Notes: generated by a model from the letters alone, not told the origin. Shown: positions 40,106 through 51,191, counted from the stretch's first letter. The stretch: DNA of 64,000 bases from Polyangiaceae bacterium (GCA_044376115.1 JBILLK010000010.1:128001-192000), one strand, 5' to 3'. Program-made: numbers and translations.

Positions 40106-42772
40106 ATGACCAGGAGCGTTTATCGATTTGGCAACGGTGTCGCCGAAGGCAACGCCGCGATGAAAGAGCTGCTCGGCGGTAAAGGAGCCAACCTCGCTGA
40201 GATGAGCGTGGCCGGACTACCTGTTCCGCCTGGTTTTACGATCTCGACCGAGGTCTGCCGATCGGTCTTGGCCCAGGGCGGTACCCTCTCTCGCGAGCTC
40301 CTCGAGGAGATCAACGCAGCGCTTGCCGCCGTTGAGGTCGAGCTTGGAGCCAAGTTCGGCGACCCCGAAAAGCCGTTGCTCGTCAGCGTGCGCTCAGGTG
40401 CGGCGGTGAGCATGCCCGGCATGATGGATACCGTGCTCAACCTCGGCATGAATGACGAGGTCGCGGCTGGCCTCGCAGCTCGCACCAAGCGGGACCGCTT
40501 CGCTTGGGACGCTTATCGGCGCTTCCTCGAGATGTTCGCCAACGTCGTGATGAACGTCTCGCGCGCGCCGTTCGAGCACGCGATGGAAAAATTGAAGCGC
40601 GAGCGCGGTGCCCAACGCGACGCGGATCTCACCGCAGAAGATCTACGCGAGCTCGTCGGGCGCTTCAAAGAGACGTACAAGACGCACGCTGGTCACGACT
40701 TCCCGACCAACCCGAGGGAGCAGCTGGAGCGCGCGATCATCGCGGTGTTTCGTTCGTGGAACAGCGACCGGGCGATCAAGTACCGCGAGGTTCAACGCAT
40801 CACCGGCCTCGTTGGCACCGCCGTCACGGTGCAGTCGATGGTGTTCGGCAACATGGGCGAGAGCTCGGGGACTGGCGTCTGTTTCACACGCAACCCCTCC
40901 GATGGAACGCGCGAGCTCTACGGTGAATACCTCGTGGATGCGCAAGGGGAGGACGTGGTTGCGGGGACGCGGACGCCCGAGCCGATCGCCACGTTGCGCG
41001 AAAAGATGCCGGCCATCTATGAAGAGCTCGCCGCGCTGACGCAAAAACTCGAGTCCCACTTCCGCAATATGCAGGACATCGAGTTCACCGTGCAGGAAGG
41101 GCGCTTGTTCATCTTGCAGACCCGGCACGGCAAACGCACCGGACGAGCAGCCGTAAAGATCGCTGTGGACCTCGTGGCAGAGGGCCTCGTCACGCAAGAG
41201 GAGGCTGTCGTCAACTTGGTCGAGCCAGCGCACCTCGACCAGCTGTTGCACCCCTACTTCGCCGATGAGTCGGGATACCGCAAAGCCGGACGAGTGCTGG
41301 CCAAAGGGCTCGCCGCGTCGCCGGGTGCGGCGATGGGCAAGCTGGTGTTCACCGCAGAGGACGCAGAGGCGTGGCGCGCACGCGGCGAGAAGGTCGTGCT
41401 CGCGCGCGTCGAGACCAGCCCGGAGGACGTCGCGGGCATGCACGCAGCGGAAGGCGTGCTCACCAGTCGAGGCGGTATGACCAGCCACGCTGCCGTGGTC
41501 GCACGCGGCTGGGGCAAGCCATGTGTCGCTGGCTGTCACGACGTCGAGATCGACCACGTGACCAAGGTGTTGCGCGCCAACGGCAAGACCCTCGTCGAGG
41601 GGGATTGGATGAGCCTCAACGGCACGACCGGCGAGGTGATCGAAGGCGAGTGCCTACTCACGGACGCGCGCGTCTCCGAGCACATGCTCGCCTTCATGTT
41701 GTGGGTGGATGCAGCTCGCACCATCGGCGTGCGGACCAACGCCGACACGCCCAAAGATGCGGCTGTGGCACGCTCCTTTGGTGCCGAGGGAATCGGGCTT
41801 TGCCGAACCGAGCACATGTTCTTCGAAGAGGGCCGCATCCTGACCATGCGCCGCATGATCCTCTCCGACGACGTGCGTACGCGCACAGCGACGCTGAGTG
41901 AACTCCTGCCCTTCCAACGTGAAGACTTCGCCGGGATCTTCCGCGCGATGGACGGCTATCCGGTGACCATTCGCCTGCTTGATCCTCCGCTGCACGAGTT
42001 CCTCCCCGCCGAGCCGAAGCAACAAGAGGAGGTCGCCAAGGCGATGGGAATGTCGGTGGAGCGCGTGCGCATGCGCATCGCGGCGCTGCATGAGCAGAAC
42101 CCGATGCTCGGCCACCGCGGCTGCAGGCTTGGCGTCACGCACCCCGAGATCACCGTCATGCAGGCTCGAGCGATCCTCGAGGCAGCTTGCATCGTCAGCA
42201 AAGAAGGCAAGCGCGTATTGCCGGAGATCATGGTGCCGCTGGTTGGAACCGTGCGTGAATTCAGCCACCAAAAGGCGCTCGTCGAGCAAACGGCGGAGGC
42301 GGTGTTTCAAGAGCAGGGCCTGCGGGTCGAGTATCTCGTGGGCACCATGATCGAGGTTCCGCGCGCGGCGCTCACCGCCGACGACATCGCCAAAGAGGCG
42401 CAGTTCTTCAGCTTCGGGACGAATGATCTAACGCAGCTGACGCTCGGCTTCAGTCGCGATGACGTGGCCACCTTTCTACCGCGCTATCTGGCGCTCGGGA
42501 TCTACGCCGAGGATCCGTTCAAGACGCTCGATCAACACGGCGTGGGCCAATTGGTGAAGCTCGCTTCTGAGCGCGGCCGCAGCGTGCGCGAGAACCTCAA
42601 GCTCGGGATCTGCGGTGAACACGGCGGTGATCCGAAGTCGGTGGCGTTCTGCGTCGGGCTCGGGCTCGACTACGTAAGCTGCTCGCCTTTCCGCGTGCCG
42701 ATCGCTCGGCTCGCCTCCGCGCAGGCGGCGCTGAAGCAGCGCGGTGTCCGCGAGAAGGCCGGCGAGTCTTAG
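40106..42772 (+). CDS. ppdK: Pyruvate, phosphate dikinase
   Basis: [59 protein letters not shown]. Confidence 0.98.
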   Translation: MTRSVYRFGNGVAEGNAAMKELLGGKGANLAEMSVAGLPVPPGFTISTEVCRSVLAQGGTLSRELLEEINAALAAVEVELGAKFGDPEKPLLVSVRSGAAVSMPGMMDTVLNLGMNDEVAAGLAARTKRDRFAWDAYRRFLEMFANVVMNVSRAPFEHAMEKLKRERGAQRDADLTAEDLRELVGRFKETYKTHAGHDFPTNPREQLERAIIAVFRSWNSDRAIKYREVQRITGLVGTAVTVQSMVFGNMGESSGTGVCFTRNPSDGTRELYGEYLVDAQGEDVVAGTRTPEPIATLREKMPAIYEELAALTQKLESHFRNMQDIEFTVQEGRLFILQTRHGKRTGRAAVKIAVDLVAEGLVTQEEAVVNLVEPAHLDQLLHPYFADESGYRKAGRVLAKGLAASPGAAMGKLVFTAEDAEAWRARGEKVVLARVETSPEDVAGMHAAEGVLTSRGGMTSHAAVVARGWGKPCVAGCHDVEIDHVTKVLRANGKTLVEGDWMSLNGTTGEVIEGECLLTDARVSEHMLAFMLWVDAARTIGVRTNADTPKDAAVARSFGAEGIGLCRTEHMFFEEGRILTMRRMILSDDVRTRTATLSELLPFQREDFAGIFRAMDGYPVTIRLLDPPLHEFLPAEPKQQEEVAKAMGMSVERVRMRIAALHEQNPMLGHRGCRLGVTHPEITVMQARAILEAACIVSKEGKRVLPEIMVPLVGTVREFSHQKALVEQTAEAVFQEQGLRVEYLVGTMIEVPRAALTADDIAKEAQFFSFGTNDLTQLTLGFSRDDVATFLPRYLALGIYAEDPFKTLDQHGVGQLVKLASERGRSVRENLKLGICGEHGGDPKSVAFCVGLGLDYVSCSPFRVPIARLASAQAALKQRGVREKAGES

Positions 42773-42783
42773 CCGGCGTTGCC

Positions 42784-43422
42784 ATGAAGAACTGGCGCTG
42801 GCTGCTCAGCCTCATCGTCTCGCTCGGGTGTGCCGAGTCGAAGTGGATGGCGCCAGTCAATGGACCTGCCGATCTACGAGCCAAGCCGGGGTTTGCGCGT
42901 CTTTTGTTCATTCGAGAGAGCGTTGATGTGAGCGGGACGTTGGTTCCGATCATGGATGGCGCGGGGCAGTTCGTCGGTGAGTTGCCGATCGCGAGCTGCG
43001 TTGGCGTCGATCTTCCTCAAGGCCAACATCGCTTCATCACGCTGACACAGCCGATGGCTGCGCTCAGCGCCGAAGTGGCGGCTGGGCGTACCTACCTGGT
43101 GGAAGTGCTGGTGCGATTTGGCACTCGCACGCCGCGCTTTTCGCTTTCTCCGCTCAATCGCGCGCAAGCTCGCAAGGCCCTCGCGCGCGCCTCCTCGTGT
43201 TCGGCGCTAGAGGTCGGCGCTGAGCCAGAGGACTTCACGAGCCGCAGCTGGTTACGTGAAGGAGAGCGTCGCGTAGCGCTTGATCGCGAGTTCGGGCTGG
43301 CGGTCTCACTGCACCCGGAGGACGGCCTCGAGCTGAACGGTGGAGCGAGACCACCGGACGAAGCAGGCTCGAGCACGGCGCCGCAGACAGCTCCAGTCAC
43401 TTCGCAGACACCGATTCGTTGA
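42784..43422 (+). CDS. Hypothetical lipoprotein
   Basis: SLGC lipobox; beta-rich domain. Confidence 0.65.
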   Translation: MKNWRWLLSLIVSLGCAESKWMAPVNGPADLRAKPGFARLLFIRESVDVSGTLVPIMDGAGQFVGELPIASCVGVDLPQGQHRFITLTQPMAALSAEVAAGRTYLVEVLVRFGTRTPRFSLSPLNRAQARKALARASSCSALEVGAEPEDFTSRSWLREGERRVALDREFGLAVSLHPEDGLELNGGARPPDEAGSSTAPQTAPVTSQTPIR

Positions 43423-43493
43423 CGCATCGTCAGCAGCGCGCGGCCGTGTGATCGGACTGGCGGCGGCGGGAACGATGTGTTGAAGATTCGCGC

Positions 43494-44597
43494 ATGATCC
43501 GTGTTCGAAGCACTCTCGCGCTACTCCTAGCCTTGTCCCTTGCCAGCTCCGCTTGCGGCGACAAAGCAACTTCCACCGGCGACGCCAAGGGCGAGTCGGG
43601 GGACAATAAGAAAGACGGTAAAGACAACAAATCCGCCGCCCCCAAGGGGTCAGCCGCAGCCTCCGCACCGGTGAGCGCCACCGCTTCGGCGCCAGCCAAG
43701 CCCGCAGATGCACCGGCAACGGGCGCGGGCAGCGACGCACTCGCGCATCTCCCCGCCAGCTGTGATGTCGCAGTCGCGCTCGATCTGGCGAAGGTTGCCA
43801 AGCACCCCGCAGTTGCCGCTGAGATCGTGCCGCGGCTCGAGGCGATGCTGAAGACCGAGAACCCGAAGGATGATTCGTTCAAGCGCATGCAGGGCTTCAT
43901 GACCGACACCGGTCTCACGCTCAGCAGCCTGAAGTCGGTTGGCGTGTGCGCACGAATGGAAGGCGGAGGCGAGCCCAAGGTCCTCGCGCTGCTCGGCGGT
44001 GACTTCAAGCCCGACACCTTCGTGACGGCGCTCGAGAAGCACAAGAAGCCCGGCAAGGAGACCACGCTCAGCGAGATCGACGGCATCAAGGTCACCTCCG
44101 ACGGCAAGATGTTTCTCGGTCAATTCAGCGACGGCGTGCTCGCCGGGGCTGAGTCGGTGGATACGTTCAAGACGGCGATCAAGCCTGGTGACAATGCCTC
44201 CAAGTTCATGATCGACCGTTCCAAGGAGGTCTCGCTGTACCTGAGCAAGAACCTGATCAAGACCCAGTTCATCAAGAAAGGCAACGCGCTCTTCGAGGAG
44301 CTCGACGAGGCCTACGGCTCGGTGGACCTGACCACCGGGAAGATCATGCTCACGCTCAAGACGCCCTCGGCTGAGTCGGCCAAGAAGGTAGATTCGTACT
44401 TCATCGTCGGCAAAGACGCCTTCCTCAAAGACGGGAAGGTCCCCGCGCAATTTGGCGCCGTCGATGCGGTCAAGTCGATGACCACCAAGGTGGACGGCTC
44501 CAACGTCGTGGTGGAACTCGCCTTCCCCGCCGCGTCGATCACCGATGCAGTGAAGTTCCTCGGCGCACAGCTCGAGGCGGAGAAGGGCAAGCTCTAG
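43494..44597 (+). CDS. Hypothetical lipoprotein
   Basis: SSAC lipobox, Lys/Ala linker, strong GC3 codon usage. Confidence 0.75.
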   Translation: MIRVRSTLALLLALSLASSACGDKATSTGDAKGESGDNKKDGKDNKSAAPKGSAAASAPVSATASAPAKPADAPATGAGSDALAHLPASCDVAVALDLAKVAKHPAVAAEIVPRLEAMLKTENPKDDSFKRMQGFMTDTGLTLSSLKSVGVCARMEGGGEPKVLALLGGDFKPDTFVTALEKHKKPGKETTLSEIDGIKVTSDGKMFLGQFSDGVLAGAESVDTFKTAIKPGDNASKFMIDRSKEVSLYLSKNLIKTQFIKKGNALFEELDEAYGSVDLTTGKIMLTLKTPSAESAKKVDSYFIVGKDAFLKDGKVPAQFGAVDAVKSMTTKVDGSNVVVELAFPAASITDAVKFLGAQLEAEKGKL

Positions 44598-44603
44598 TCG
44601 CTT

Positions 44604-44633
44604 CTGAGTTCTCGCCACAAGGCGAGAACTCAG
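44604..44633. terminator. Perfect hairpin between convergent genes (possible bidirectional terminator)
   Basis: CTGAGTTCTCGCC-ACAA-GGCGAGAACTCAG, 13-bp stem. Confidence 0.7.
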
Positions 44634-44646
44634 TCACGCAGGGTAC

Positions 44647-46437
44647 TCATTCAGGCTGGTCGGAGTCGGACGGGCGTTCGATGCCGACCAGCTTGAAGCC
44701 TTTGTCACCCAAGTCGTAGAAGTGTGCGCGCAGTGGGCCCGGTGCGATGCCGTTCTGCAGATCGACCACGGCGTAGCGGGAAGGAGAATCCGCCGGCAGC
44801 TTCGCGTCGGAAGCGACCTTGGGTAGCTTGACGCAGACCTTCCCGGCCGCGAGCACCTCCACTTTGAGCGCTTGGTTCTGCTCGAGGGACGTGCCCGACC
44901 ACAGCGAGCCGCTGTACTGGAAGTCCTTCTCCGGCCAGGTCCCCGCCTGCCGTGCGAGGTCCGTCGCGCAGATCGTGGAGCCCTCCGCAGTCACCTCGGC
45001 GAGCGGCGAGAGCTTCGAGAAGTAACGCAGGCGGATGGCATTGCGACGCGCGATCAAGAGCTGGGTGAGCAGCTCAGGGTGGCCCTTTTGCGCGAACTCT
45101 CCGAGCTTGACGATGGCAGCGATCGAAGCGTCATCGAAGCGCGTGATGATGCGGGTCATCCAAGCTGCATCGAGCTCGGTCATGCGTGCGAAGGCTGGAT
45201 TCGGGTAACCGCCTTTCCATTCCTCCGGCTCGAAGACGTCATTGGCGAAGTAGGAGAACTGCTCAGCCCCCGGCGTCTTTTTGGAGACGTCCCACGGACG
45301 CTGGGGAATACCGAGCGTCACGAAGTCGAAGGCGACGTCCCCCGGATCGAAGTAGTAGCTCTTGTTGATACGGCGATTCAGCGCGTCCCAAGCCCAATGC
45401 GTTCCGAACGAGTCGCCCATGTCGATGTACCAATGCAACGTATGGCCGGGCGACGAGTCCTTGTTCTCGTCGTCGACGCTCATCCAGGTGGTCATCGAGT
45501 TTTGCTCGCGTGAATCGAAGTGCGCGAGCCAAGCGGCCATCAAACGTGCACCGCGCAGATCGCGGCGGTCTTCATGGGGGATCACGTCGTTCGGATCGTC
45601 ACTGCGCGTCTCCTCGTACTTGAACGGCCCCACGGTGCGCCCCGGCAGCCAGCGCGAAGCGAGCATGCGCACGAGGTCCCCACGCTTTTGCGCTTTGTTG
45701 AGCACGTTGTCGAGCGCGGCCTGATCGAAGTCCTTCTCGATACCGCTGTTGTCGGCGAACTTCAGACCTGGGGTCAGCTTGAGCAGCCGCCTCGGCACAT
45801 AGATCACCGTGTCGCAAACCGACCAATAGCCGGCGGCATGATAGAGGCGCGCTGCGATGGTTGCGGCGCCGGTGGCCTTGTCTCCCTCACCGTCCGGATC
45901 CGCCTTCAGGAGGTATTTGCCAACGCCTTTGATGTTCACTCGAAAGCCCGGGTTCGCCCCGTTTGGCTTGCCTTGGTCCACCACCCAGCTGCCATCTGCG
46001 TCATTCAGCGGATCGAGCGTGCGCTTGGGGCAACTGCCTCGCTGCAGCTCCTCGATCGACATCTCCTGAACGCCGATGCGGTTGGTGAACCAGGAGGAGT
46101 TGGGGACCTCGTCCACAGCGTTGACGTTCTTCGCCTCAAAGCCCACGTCTACGGCGAGGAACTTCACGATGGGGCGGAACACCGTCTTGTCTGCAACGTC
46201 CCAAGCGAACGGCGAGACGTAGTCCTTGGGCCGGCAAAGCGTCTTGACCTTACCGTCCTCGCCCTTCTCCTCGTAGCAGGGGACAGCAACCGGACTCAGG
46301 TCCTGATCGAGCCACACAGGATCGCGTAGCGGAAACCTGCGTGGATCGCTCGACGCACACGCCGTCAACATGGTGAGCGCCAAACCTGTTCGACCCAGCA
46401 TCGAGGCTCTCGTTCGGCGCGCGTCAGTGCCCTTCAT
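44647..46437 (-). CDS. Lipoprotein with atypical protein-kinase-like motifs
   Basis: LTAC lipobox; GKPNGANPGF, YLLKAD, HFDSREQN, YIDMG in kinase order. Confidence 0.65.
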   Translation of the reverse strand: MKGTDARRTRASMLGRTGLALTMLTACASSDPRRFPLRDPVWLDQDLSPVAVPCYEEKGEDGKVKTLCRPKDYVSPFAWDVADKTVFRPIVKFLAVDVGFEAKNVNAVDEVPNSSWFTNRIGVQEMSIEELQRGSCPKRTLDPLNDADGSWVVDQGKPNGANPGFRVNIKGVGKYLLKADPDGEGDKATGAATIAARLYHAAGYWSVCDTVIYVPRRLLKLTPGLKFADNSGIEKDFDQAALDNVLNKAQKRGDLVRMLASRWLPGRTVGPFKYEETRSDDPNDVIPHEDRRDLRGARLMAAWLAHFDSREQNSMTTWMSVDDENKDSSPGHTLHWYIDMGDSFGTHWAWDALNRRINKSYYFDPGDVAFDFVTLGIPQRPWDVSKKTPGAEQFSYFANDVFEPEEWKGGYPNPAFARMTELDAAWMTRIITRFDDASIAAIVKLGEFAQKGHPELLTQLLIARRNAIRLRYFSKLSPLAEVTAEGSTICATDLARQAGTWPEKDFQYSGSLWSGTSLEQNQALKVEVLAAGKVCVKLPKVASDAKLPADSPSRYAVVDLQNGIAPGPLRAHFYDLGDKGFKLVGIERPSDSDQPE

Positions 46438-46450
46438 ACGCGGGAAGGTA

Positions 46451-47329
46451 TCACGGGAATTCGGGCCAGAGGTCTCCTGTTGCCCACCGATAGCGAAGAC
46501 CGATCTGCCCGAGGTCTGCGCCGGCCAATCCAATTTCGTCTGGGTTGAACACGCTGAACACGGCGACCCCCACCGCCTCGAAGTGATGGGTCAAAGACAC
46601 CGCGACGGCCGGCCCTACCCGAACATTGACCAGCTCGCGCGCTGGATTCACGATCACCTCGGCGACTGCGCCGATCTGCAGCGTGTCAGGGTTGCCGACG
46701 CCAAACAGATAGCTCGCGCGGCCGCGTGCGACGAATGGCGCCGCGACCACCGTGCGCAGGTTGTCCTCCAACACGAAATAGCCCCTCGGCAGAAAGAAAA
46801 TACCGTATGCGCCGCCGCCTATGCCGAGCGTACCGACGGGCAGTGGGATGTTGAAGTTCACCTCGCCATCCACCGTCAAGTAGTGGCTTTTCAAGCCCTC
46901 ATCAGCGTCCAGGTCGGTACGCGTGACCACCTCTTTCTCGGGAATCAATCGCTGGCTAAAGAGCGAAACGAAGCGACTACCAAAGCGCAGATTGGCCCAC
47001 GGCAGGACTGCGCGAATCCCGAGAAACTCCGATAGACCACGCAAAGAGAGGTTGGAGGTCAGCTCCAAACCCGCCCACTCGTGGTGCGGTTTTCCGATGC
47101 CGAGATCGAGCTCAGTACGCACGGCAATGCCGGCCGTATCGAAGGTGACAGCCGCAAAGGGTCGGGTGGGCCCGGCCCCCCAGTAAGGGCGAAAGGTGCC
47201 GATATCGACGCGGCTTGCAGCGGACGGCGGGGAGACGCCGGAAGAAGCTCGCAACTCTTGAGAAGCGGCCGAATCAGGGATGAGCAGCGCCCACAAGCTC
47301 GCCAACGAGGCCCAAGCGAAACGGCGCAT
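46451..47329 (-). CDS. Exported beta-rich protein, putative outer-membrane barrel
   Basis: Signal peptide; alternating amphipathic strands; TGATG coupling with the PAP2 gene. Confidence 0.6.
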   Translation of the reverse strand: MRRFAWASLASLWALLIPDSAASQELRASSGVSPPSAASRVDIGTFRPYWGAGPTRPFAAVTFDTAGIAVRTELDLGIGKPHHEWAGLELTSNLSLRGLSEFLGIRAVLPWANLRFGSRFVSLFSQRLIPEKEVVTRTDLDADEGLKSHYLTVDGEVNFNIPLPVGTLGIGGGAYGIFFLPRGYFVLEDNLRTVVAAPFVARGRASYLFGVGNPDTLQIGAVAEVIVNPARELVNVRVGPAVAVSLTHHFEAVGVAVFSVFNPDEIGLAGADLGQIGLRYRWATGDLWPEFP

Positions 47330-48456
47330 CAGAACGTCCCCCCGGCAGAAACCCCGCCCGGAGTCGGCATCACGTAGACATTCTCGGGCAGGCCCAGGCT
47401 CGTCATGGCCTCCTTGATCGGCGCCTGGCCGTAGTGGAAGAGGTAGGGAATCCCCACGCCTGAAGCGATACCGAAGGCGGTGCCCACCATGATGTCGCTC
47501 ATGTAGTGCTGATCGGCGATCACCCGCAGCAAGGCAACGCCGGTCGCCAGCGTCATCGACGTAACGCACGGAACCGCTTCAATCGCGCCACCGCCGTAAA
47601 TAGGCAGGTTGGCGTGATGCACGCATGTGAGCGCAGCGAGTGTGAAGGCCGCCGTGGTGTGACCGCTGAAGAAGCTGCGGTAGCGGTTATTGCCCTGGCA
47701 ATCGGTGGTCGACTCTTCACGACCGCCTTCACCACACACGGCTCGTGCGTAGGGCCGCTCGCGTCCCACCACCGCTGAAACGAAGCTGTTGATACCGGCG
47801 GAGAAGGAGACCGCCTGCACGTCGATCAACGCCATCTGAAAGGCCGTAGAGCCCTTGTCGTGGAACCACCAGGTGGCGAACAGCGTGTCGACGAGCTGCT
47901 GGTTCACGAGCAGCACCAGGCCCACGTCGCTCGCATCACGGGCGTACAAATAGCCGTCGTAGTTCTTTGCGCGAAGCACGTCGCGCGCTGCGTCGTCAAA
48001 GGCGTTGGGGCTACTCCAACGCGGAGCTCCCGGTATCGCCTGAGAGCCCACGGCGAGCAGCGCTTGCCCGATCGAAAGACCGTATTGAGCGATGCTAAAC
48101 TTGGGCCAGCGCCATTCGAGCTGGGAGCTCAGGCTCGAGGACTTGGGCTGCGTTCGTCGCGGCTCGGGAGGTCGAGCCAACGCATCCTCCACGCGAATCA
48201 ACGGCGCTGAGTCGTCTCCCTCGCTGCGGTCCTTGCCGGCACCCGTAACGATATCGCTACCTACGGGCTCGCCGGAGTTGGCGGGTTGCGACGAGTTCTT
48301 GGCTGGTGGTGCAGGTTCGCTCGGCAACGGCGCACTTGACGGCGCCGCGGGCGGCTCCGCTGGGGCTGCTGACGGCTGCGCTTGCACAACCTCCGAGGTC
48401 AGTAACAGGCCCAGGAAGATCGTTGCCCCAGTAAGAAACGAAGGTTGATCACGCAT
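47329..48456 (-). CDS. PAP2 family phosphatase
   Basis: GRERP, SFFSGHT, LRVIADQHYMSD motifs; signal peptide. Confidence 0.88.
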   Translation of the reverse strand: MRDQPSFLTGATIFLGLLLTSEVVQAQPSAAPAEPPAAPSSAPLPSEPAPPAKNSSQPANSGEPVGSDIVTGAGKDRSEGDDSAPLIRVEDALARPPEPRRTQPKSSSLSSQLEWRWPKFSIAQYGLSIGQALLAVGSQAIPGAPRWSSPNAFDDAARDVLRAKNYDGYLYARDASDVGLVLLVNQQLVDTLFATWWFHDKGSTAFQMALIDVQAVSFSAGINSFVSAVVGRERPYARAVCGEGGREESTTDCQGNNRYRSFFSGHTTAAFTLAALTCVHHANLPIYGGGAIEAVPCVTSMTLATGVALLRVIADQHYMSDIMVGTAFGIASGVGIPYLFHYGQAPIKEAMTSLGLPENVYVMPTPGGVSAGGTF

Positions 48457-48457
48457 C

Positions 48458-49624
48458 TCAGATCATTCGGGCGTACGCGAGGTACACCGACTCGAAGATT
48501 CCTGCGAGGTAGACAGCCCGATCCAAGAGCGCCCCCGCGTTCGACGCAGTAGGCGAACTCGACCGTCGATGCGCCCGCGCCAAAGTCTCCCCCACCACCC
48601 GCACCACCGCCGAGAGCTTTGGCCCGACGTGGAGCTTCGCCAAATCAAGCTTGTCCTCCTCGGGACACAACTTGCGCGCACACAAAGTTCCGAGCGCCGT
48701 TTCTCCGAGCGCGGCTAGCTGGCGAGGCGGGTGCTCCGCGAGCGCCTGCGCGCACGAGAGCACGCGCTGTGAAGCGTCCATAGAACCGCTGCCGAGCACC
48801 ACCTCAGCAGCGGACGCGGCGGCCTCTTTGAACTCGAACAGCCGCTCGGTACCGGTCGAGTCCACCACCAGGAACGCGATGCGCAAGCGGCCTAGACTGC
48901 CTGTGCCGGCAACGCGATGCGCGGCATCTACGATGCTCCAGGACTTGGCGTGGGAAGGAGCACGCGGGCCCAACGCGGTCTTGTAAGCATCCACAATCGT
49001 CGATAGCTGCTCACGTTCAGGGCCGGTGAGGTCGTGGTAGCGGTCGCCACGCACGAAGCTGCGTCTGCCACCGATCAGTGGCGCACGCATCTCCAGGAGC
49101 TCCTTTCTCGTGCGCTTACGCGCGCGCTCGCAGAGCTCTGCGATCGGCTTGACGGCCATCGCCCGAGCAAGCGAGCCGAGCGGTGCCTCGGTGAAGAGCT
49201 CCGCTTCGTAGGCGTCGAGCAGCTCGCGTGCGAGCGCGAGGGACTCGGGTGCTGAAGCCTGGAACGAGCGCCCGGCCAAGAGCACGCTGGTCGTAAGCCT
49301 TAGCGTGTCGAACCAGTGAGGACCCGTCGTCGCGTCGTCAAAGTCGTTGAGGTCGAAGGCGATCTCATCCGCGTCGGTGCGATAGGCACCAACGTTCTCG
49401 AGGTGCATGTCGCCGACGATGGGCCCGACCGACCCACTCGCCAGCGAGAGTTCCGGCAGATCCCGCAAGAGCTCGTAGAACAACCGAGCGCTCCCACGAA
49501 AGAACCCAAACGGGCTGAGCGCGAGCTTGCGCTGTTTGCGGGTTCGATAGCCGTCTTCCGCAATGACCTCACCGTCGATCGCAACTTGACGCTTCGCGAG
49601 GTCGAACGGGTCAGGCAGCAGCAC
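48458..49624 (-). CDS. DUF2252 family protein (kinase-like)
   Basis: SPFGFFRGSA, GDMHLENVG, FDLNDFDDA, RVAGTGSLG, FKEA. Confidence 0.85.
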   Translation of the reverse strand: MLLPDPFDLAKRQVAIDGEVIAEDGYRTRKQRKLALSPFGFFRGSARLFYELLRDLPELSLASGSVGPIVGDMHLENVGAYRTDADEIAFDLNDFDDATTGPHWFDTLRLTTSVLLAGRSFQASAPESLALARELLDAYEAELFTEAPLGSLARAMAVKPIAELCERARKRTRKELLEMRAPLIGGRRSFVRGDRYHDLTGPEREQLSTIVDAYKTALGPRAPSHAKSWSIVDAAHRVAGTGSLGRLRIAFLVVDSTGTERLFEFKEAAASAAEVVLGSGSMDASQRVLSCAQALAEHPPRQLAALGETALGTLCARKLCPEEDKLDLAKLHVGPKLSAVVRVVGETLARAHRRSSSPTASNAGALLDRAVYLAGIFESVYLAYARMI

Positions 49625-49704
49625 GGCACGAAACTATCAAGCTCGCGCGCTGCCGAATAGCAGAGAAGCCACTGTGCACGCGCAAGCCCGCCCAATCCGG
49701 CTTG

Positions 49705-50118
49705 TCACGGCTCGAAGCCAGAAAGACGCAGCAAAGCTTGGTCAACGCGCTGCGGCGAGGGCGGCCGCTCCCCCGAAGCGCGCGCCCGCATGAACTCCAC
49801 CAGCTCGAACTCGAGCAGCGTCAGGTGCGCAGTGCGGCGCAGCCCCAGCGCGGGGACGTTCACTCGCACCACGACTTCATCCTCGCTGGGCGAGAACTCG
49901 ACCGTCTTCTCCTCATCGCGCAACAACAGCCGCACGAGACCACGCACGACCCGGGCTCGACGTTGCACCGAGCGCATATTGGGCGAGCGGTAGAGCTCGA
50001 AGTGTTGGTTGCGGGAGTACGTCGTTGGCGAGAGAACAAGCGCAGCGAGCAGACCATCGCCATCGAGTGCGACGTTGGCTTTTGCCCCAGGAGGGACCGT
50101 CCCCAAACGCCCAGCCAC
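49705..50118 (-). CDS. Hypothetical protein
   Basis: 137-aa ORF starting 2 nt after the prfA stop. Confidence 0.6.
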   Translation of the reverse strand: MAGRLGTVPPGAKANVALDGDGLLAALVLSPTTYSRNQHFELYRSPNMRSVQRRARVVRGLVRLLLRDEEKTVEFSPSEDEVVVRVNVPALGLRRTAHLTLLEFELVEFMRARASGERPPSPQRVDQALLRLSGFEP

Positions 50119-50120
50119 CT

Positions 50121-51191
50121 TCAGGAGCTCTCCGTGCCCTTGAGCAGCTCGGCTTGCCGATGCGAACGCAAGGCCCCGATCAGCTCGTCGAGGTCTCCTG
50201 CCATGACCGCCTCGAGTTTGTGCAAGGTCAGCTGGATCCGATGATCGGTCACGCGGTTCTGGGGGTAGTTGTAGGTCCGCACCTTTTGCGAACGCTCGGC
50301 CGAACCCACCATGTTCTTGCGCTCGGCTGAAAGTGCGTCATCCGCCTTGCGCTGCTCGATCTCGAGCAAACGCGAGCGAAGCACTTTGAGCGCTCTCGCC
50401 TTGTTTTTCAGCTGGGAACGCTCGTCCTGGCACTTGACGATGATGCCGGTAGGGATGTGGCGGATCTGAACGGCGCTGTTGGTCGTGTTCACGCCTTGAC
50501 CGCCGGGGCCACCGCTGGCCGCGATGCTGATCTCGAGGTCCTTGTCATCGACGTTGACGTCCACTTCATCCGCCTCCGGCAGGATGGCAACCGTCGCCGT
50601 CGAGGTGTGGATTCTACCTTGCGCCTCCGTCGCTGGAACGCGCTGGACGCGATGAACCCCGCCTTCGAAGCGGAGCTTCGAATAGACGTCGGGCCCGGTC
50701 ACCAAAGCGATGATCTCCTTGTAACCGCCGGCGGCCGCCTCACTCACGCTGAGCACCTCCACCGTCCAGCGGTGGCGCTCCGCGAAGCGCGTGATCATTC
50801 GGAATAGGTCGGCGGCGAACAAGGCGGCTTCCTCGCCACCCTCGCCTTGCCGGATCTCGAGCACGGTGTTCTTCGAATCGTTCGGATCGCGCGGCAAAAG
50901 CAACACACGAACTTCTTGCTCGAGCGCCGTCTGCTGTTCTTCGAGCTCGGGCAGTTCGGCTTGGGCCAACTCCGCGAGGTCCGGATCCGCGAGCGCCTCC
51001 TTGTCTTCCGCGATGCGTTTCTCAAGCTCCAGCAGCTTGGCAAACGCGTTCACCACCGGCTCGAGCTCGGTGCGTTCACGGTTCAACTTGGTGATCTGGT
51101 TCGAGTCGGAGAGGACGGCCGGGCTGCAGAGCAGATGCTCCAACTCGGAGTAGCGGCGTTGCACCGCTTCCAATTTATTTCGGGGGAGCAT
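50121..51191 (-). CDS. prfA: Peptide chain release factor 1
   Basis: GGEEAALFA, RVPATE (PxT motif), GGQ, RTYNYPQNRVTDHRI. Confidence 0.97.
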   Translation of the reverse strand: MLPRNKLEAVQRRYSELEHLLCSPAVLSDSNQITKLNRERTELEPVVNAFAKLLELEKRIAEDKEALADPDLAELAQAELPELEEQQTALEQEVRVLLLPRDPNDSKNTVLEIRQGEGGEEAALFAADLFRMITRFAERHRWTVEVLSVSEAAAGGYKEIIALVTGPDVYSKLRFEGGVHRVQRVPATEAQGRIHTSTATVAILPEADEVDVNVDDKDLEISIAASGGPGGQGVNTTNSAVQIRHIPTGIIVKCQDERSQLKNKARALKVLRSRLLEIEQRKADDALSAERKNMVGSAERSQKVRTYNYPQNRVTDHRIQLTLHKLEAVMAGDLDELIGALRSHRQAELLKGTESS

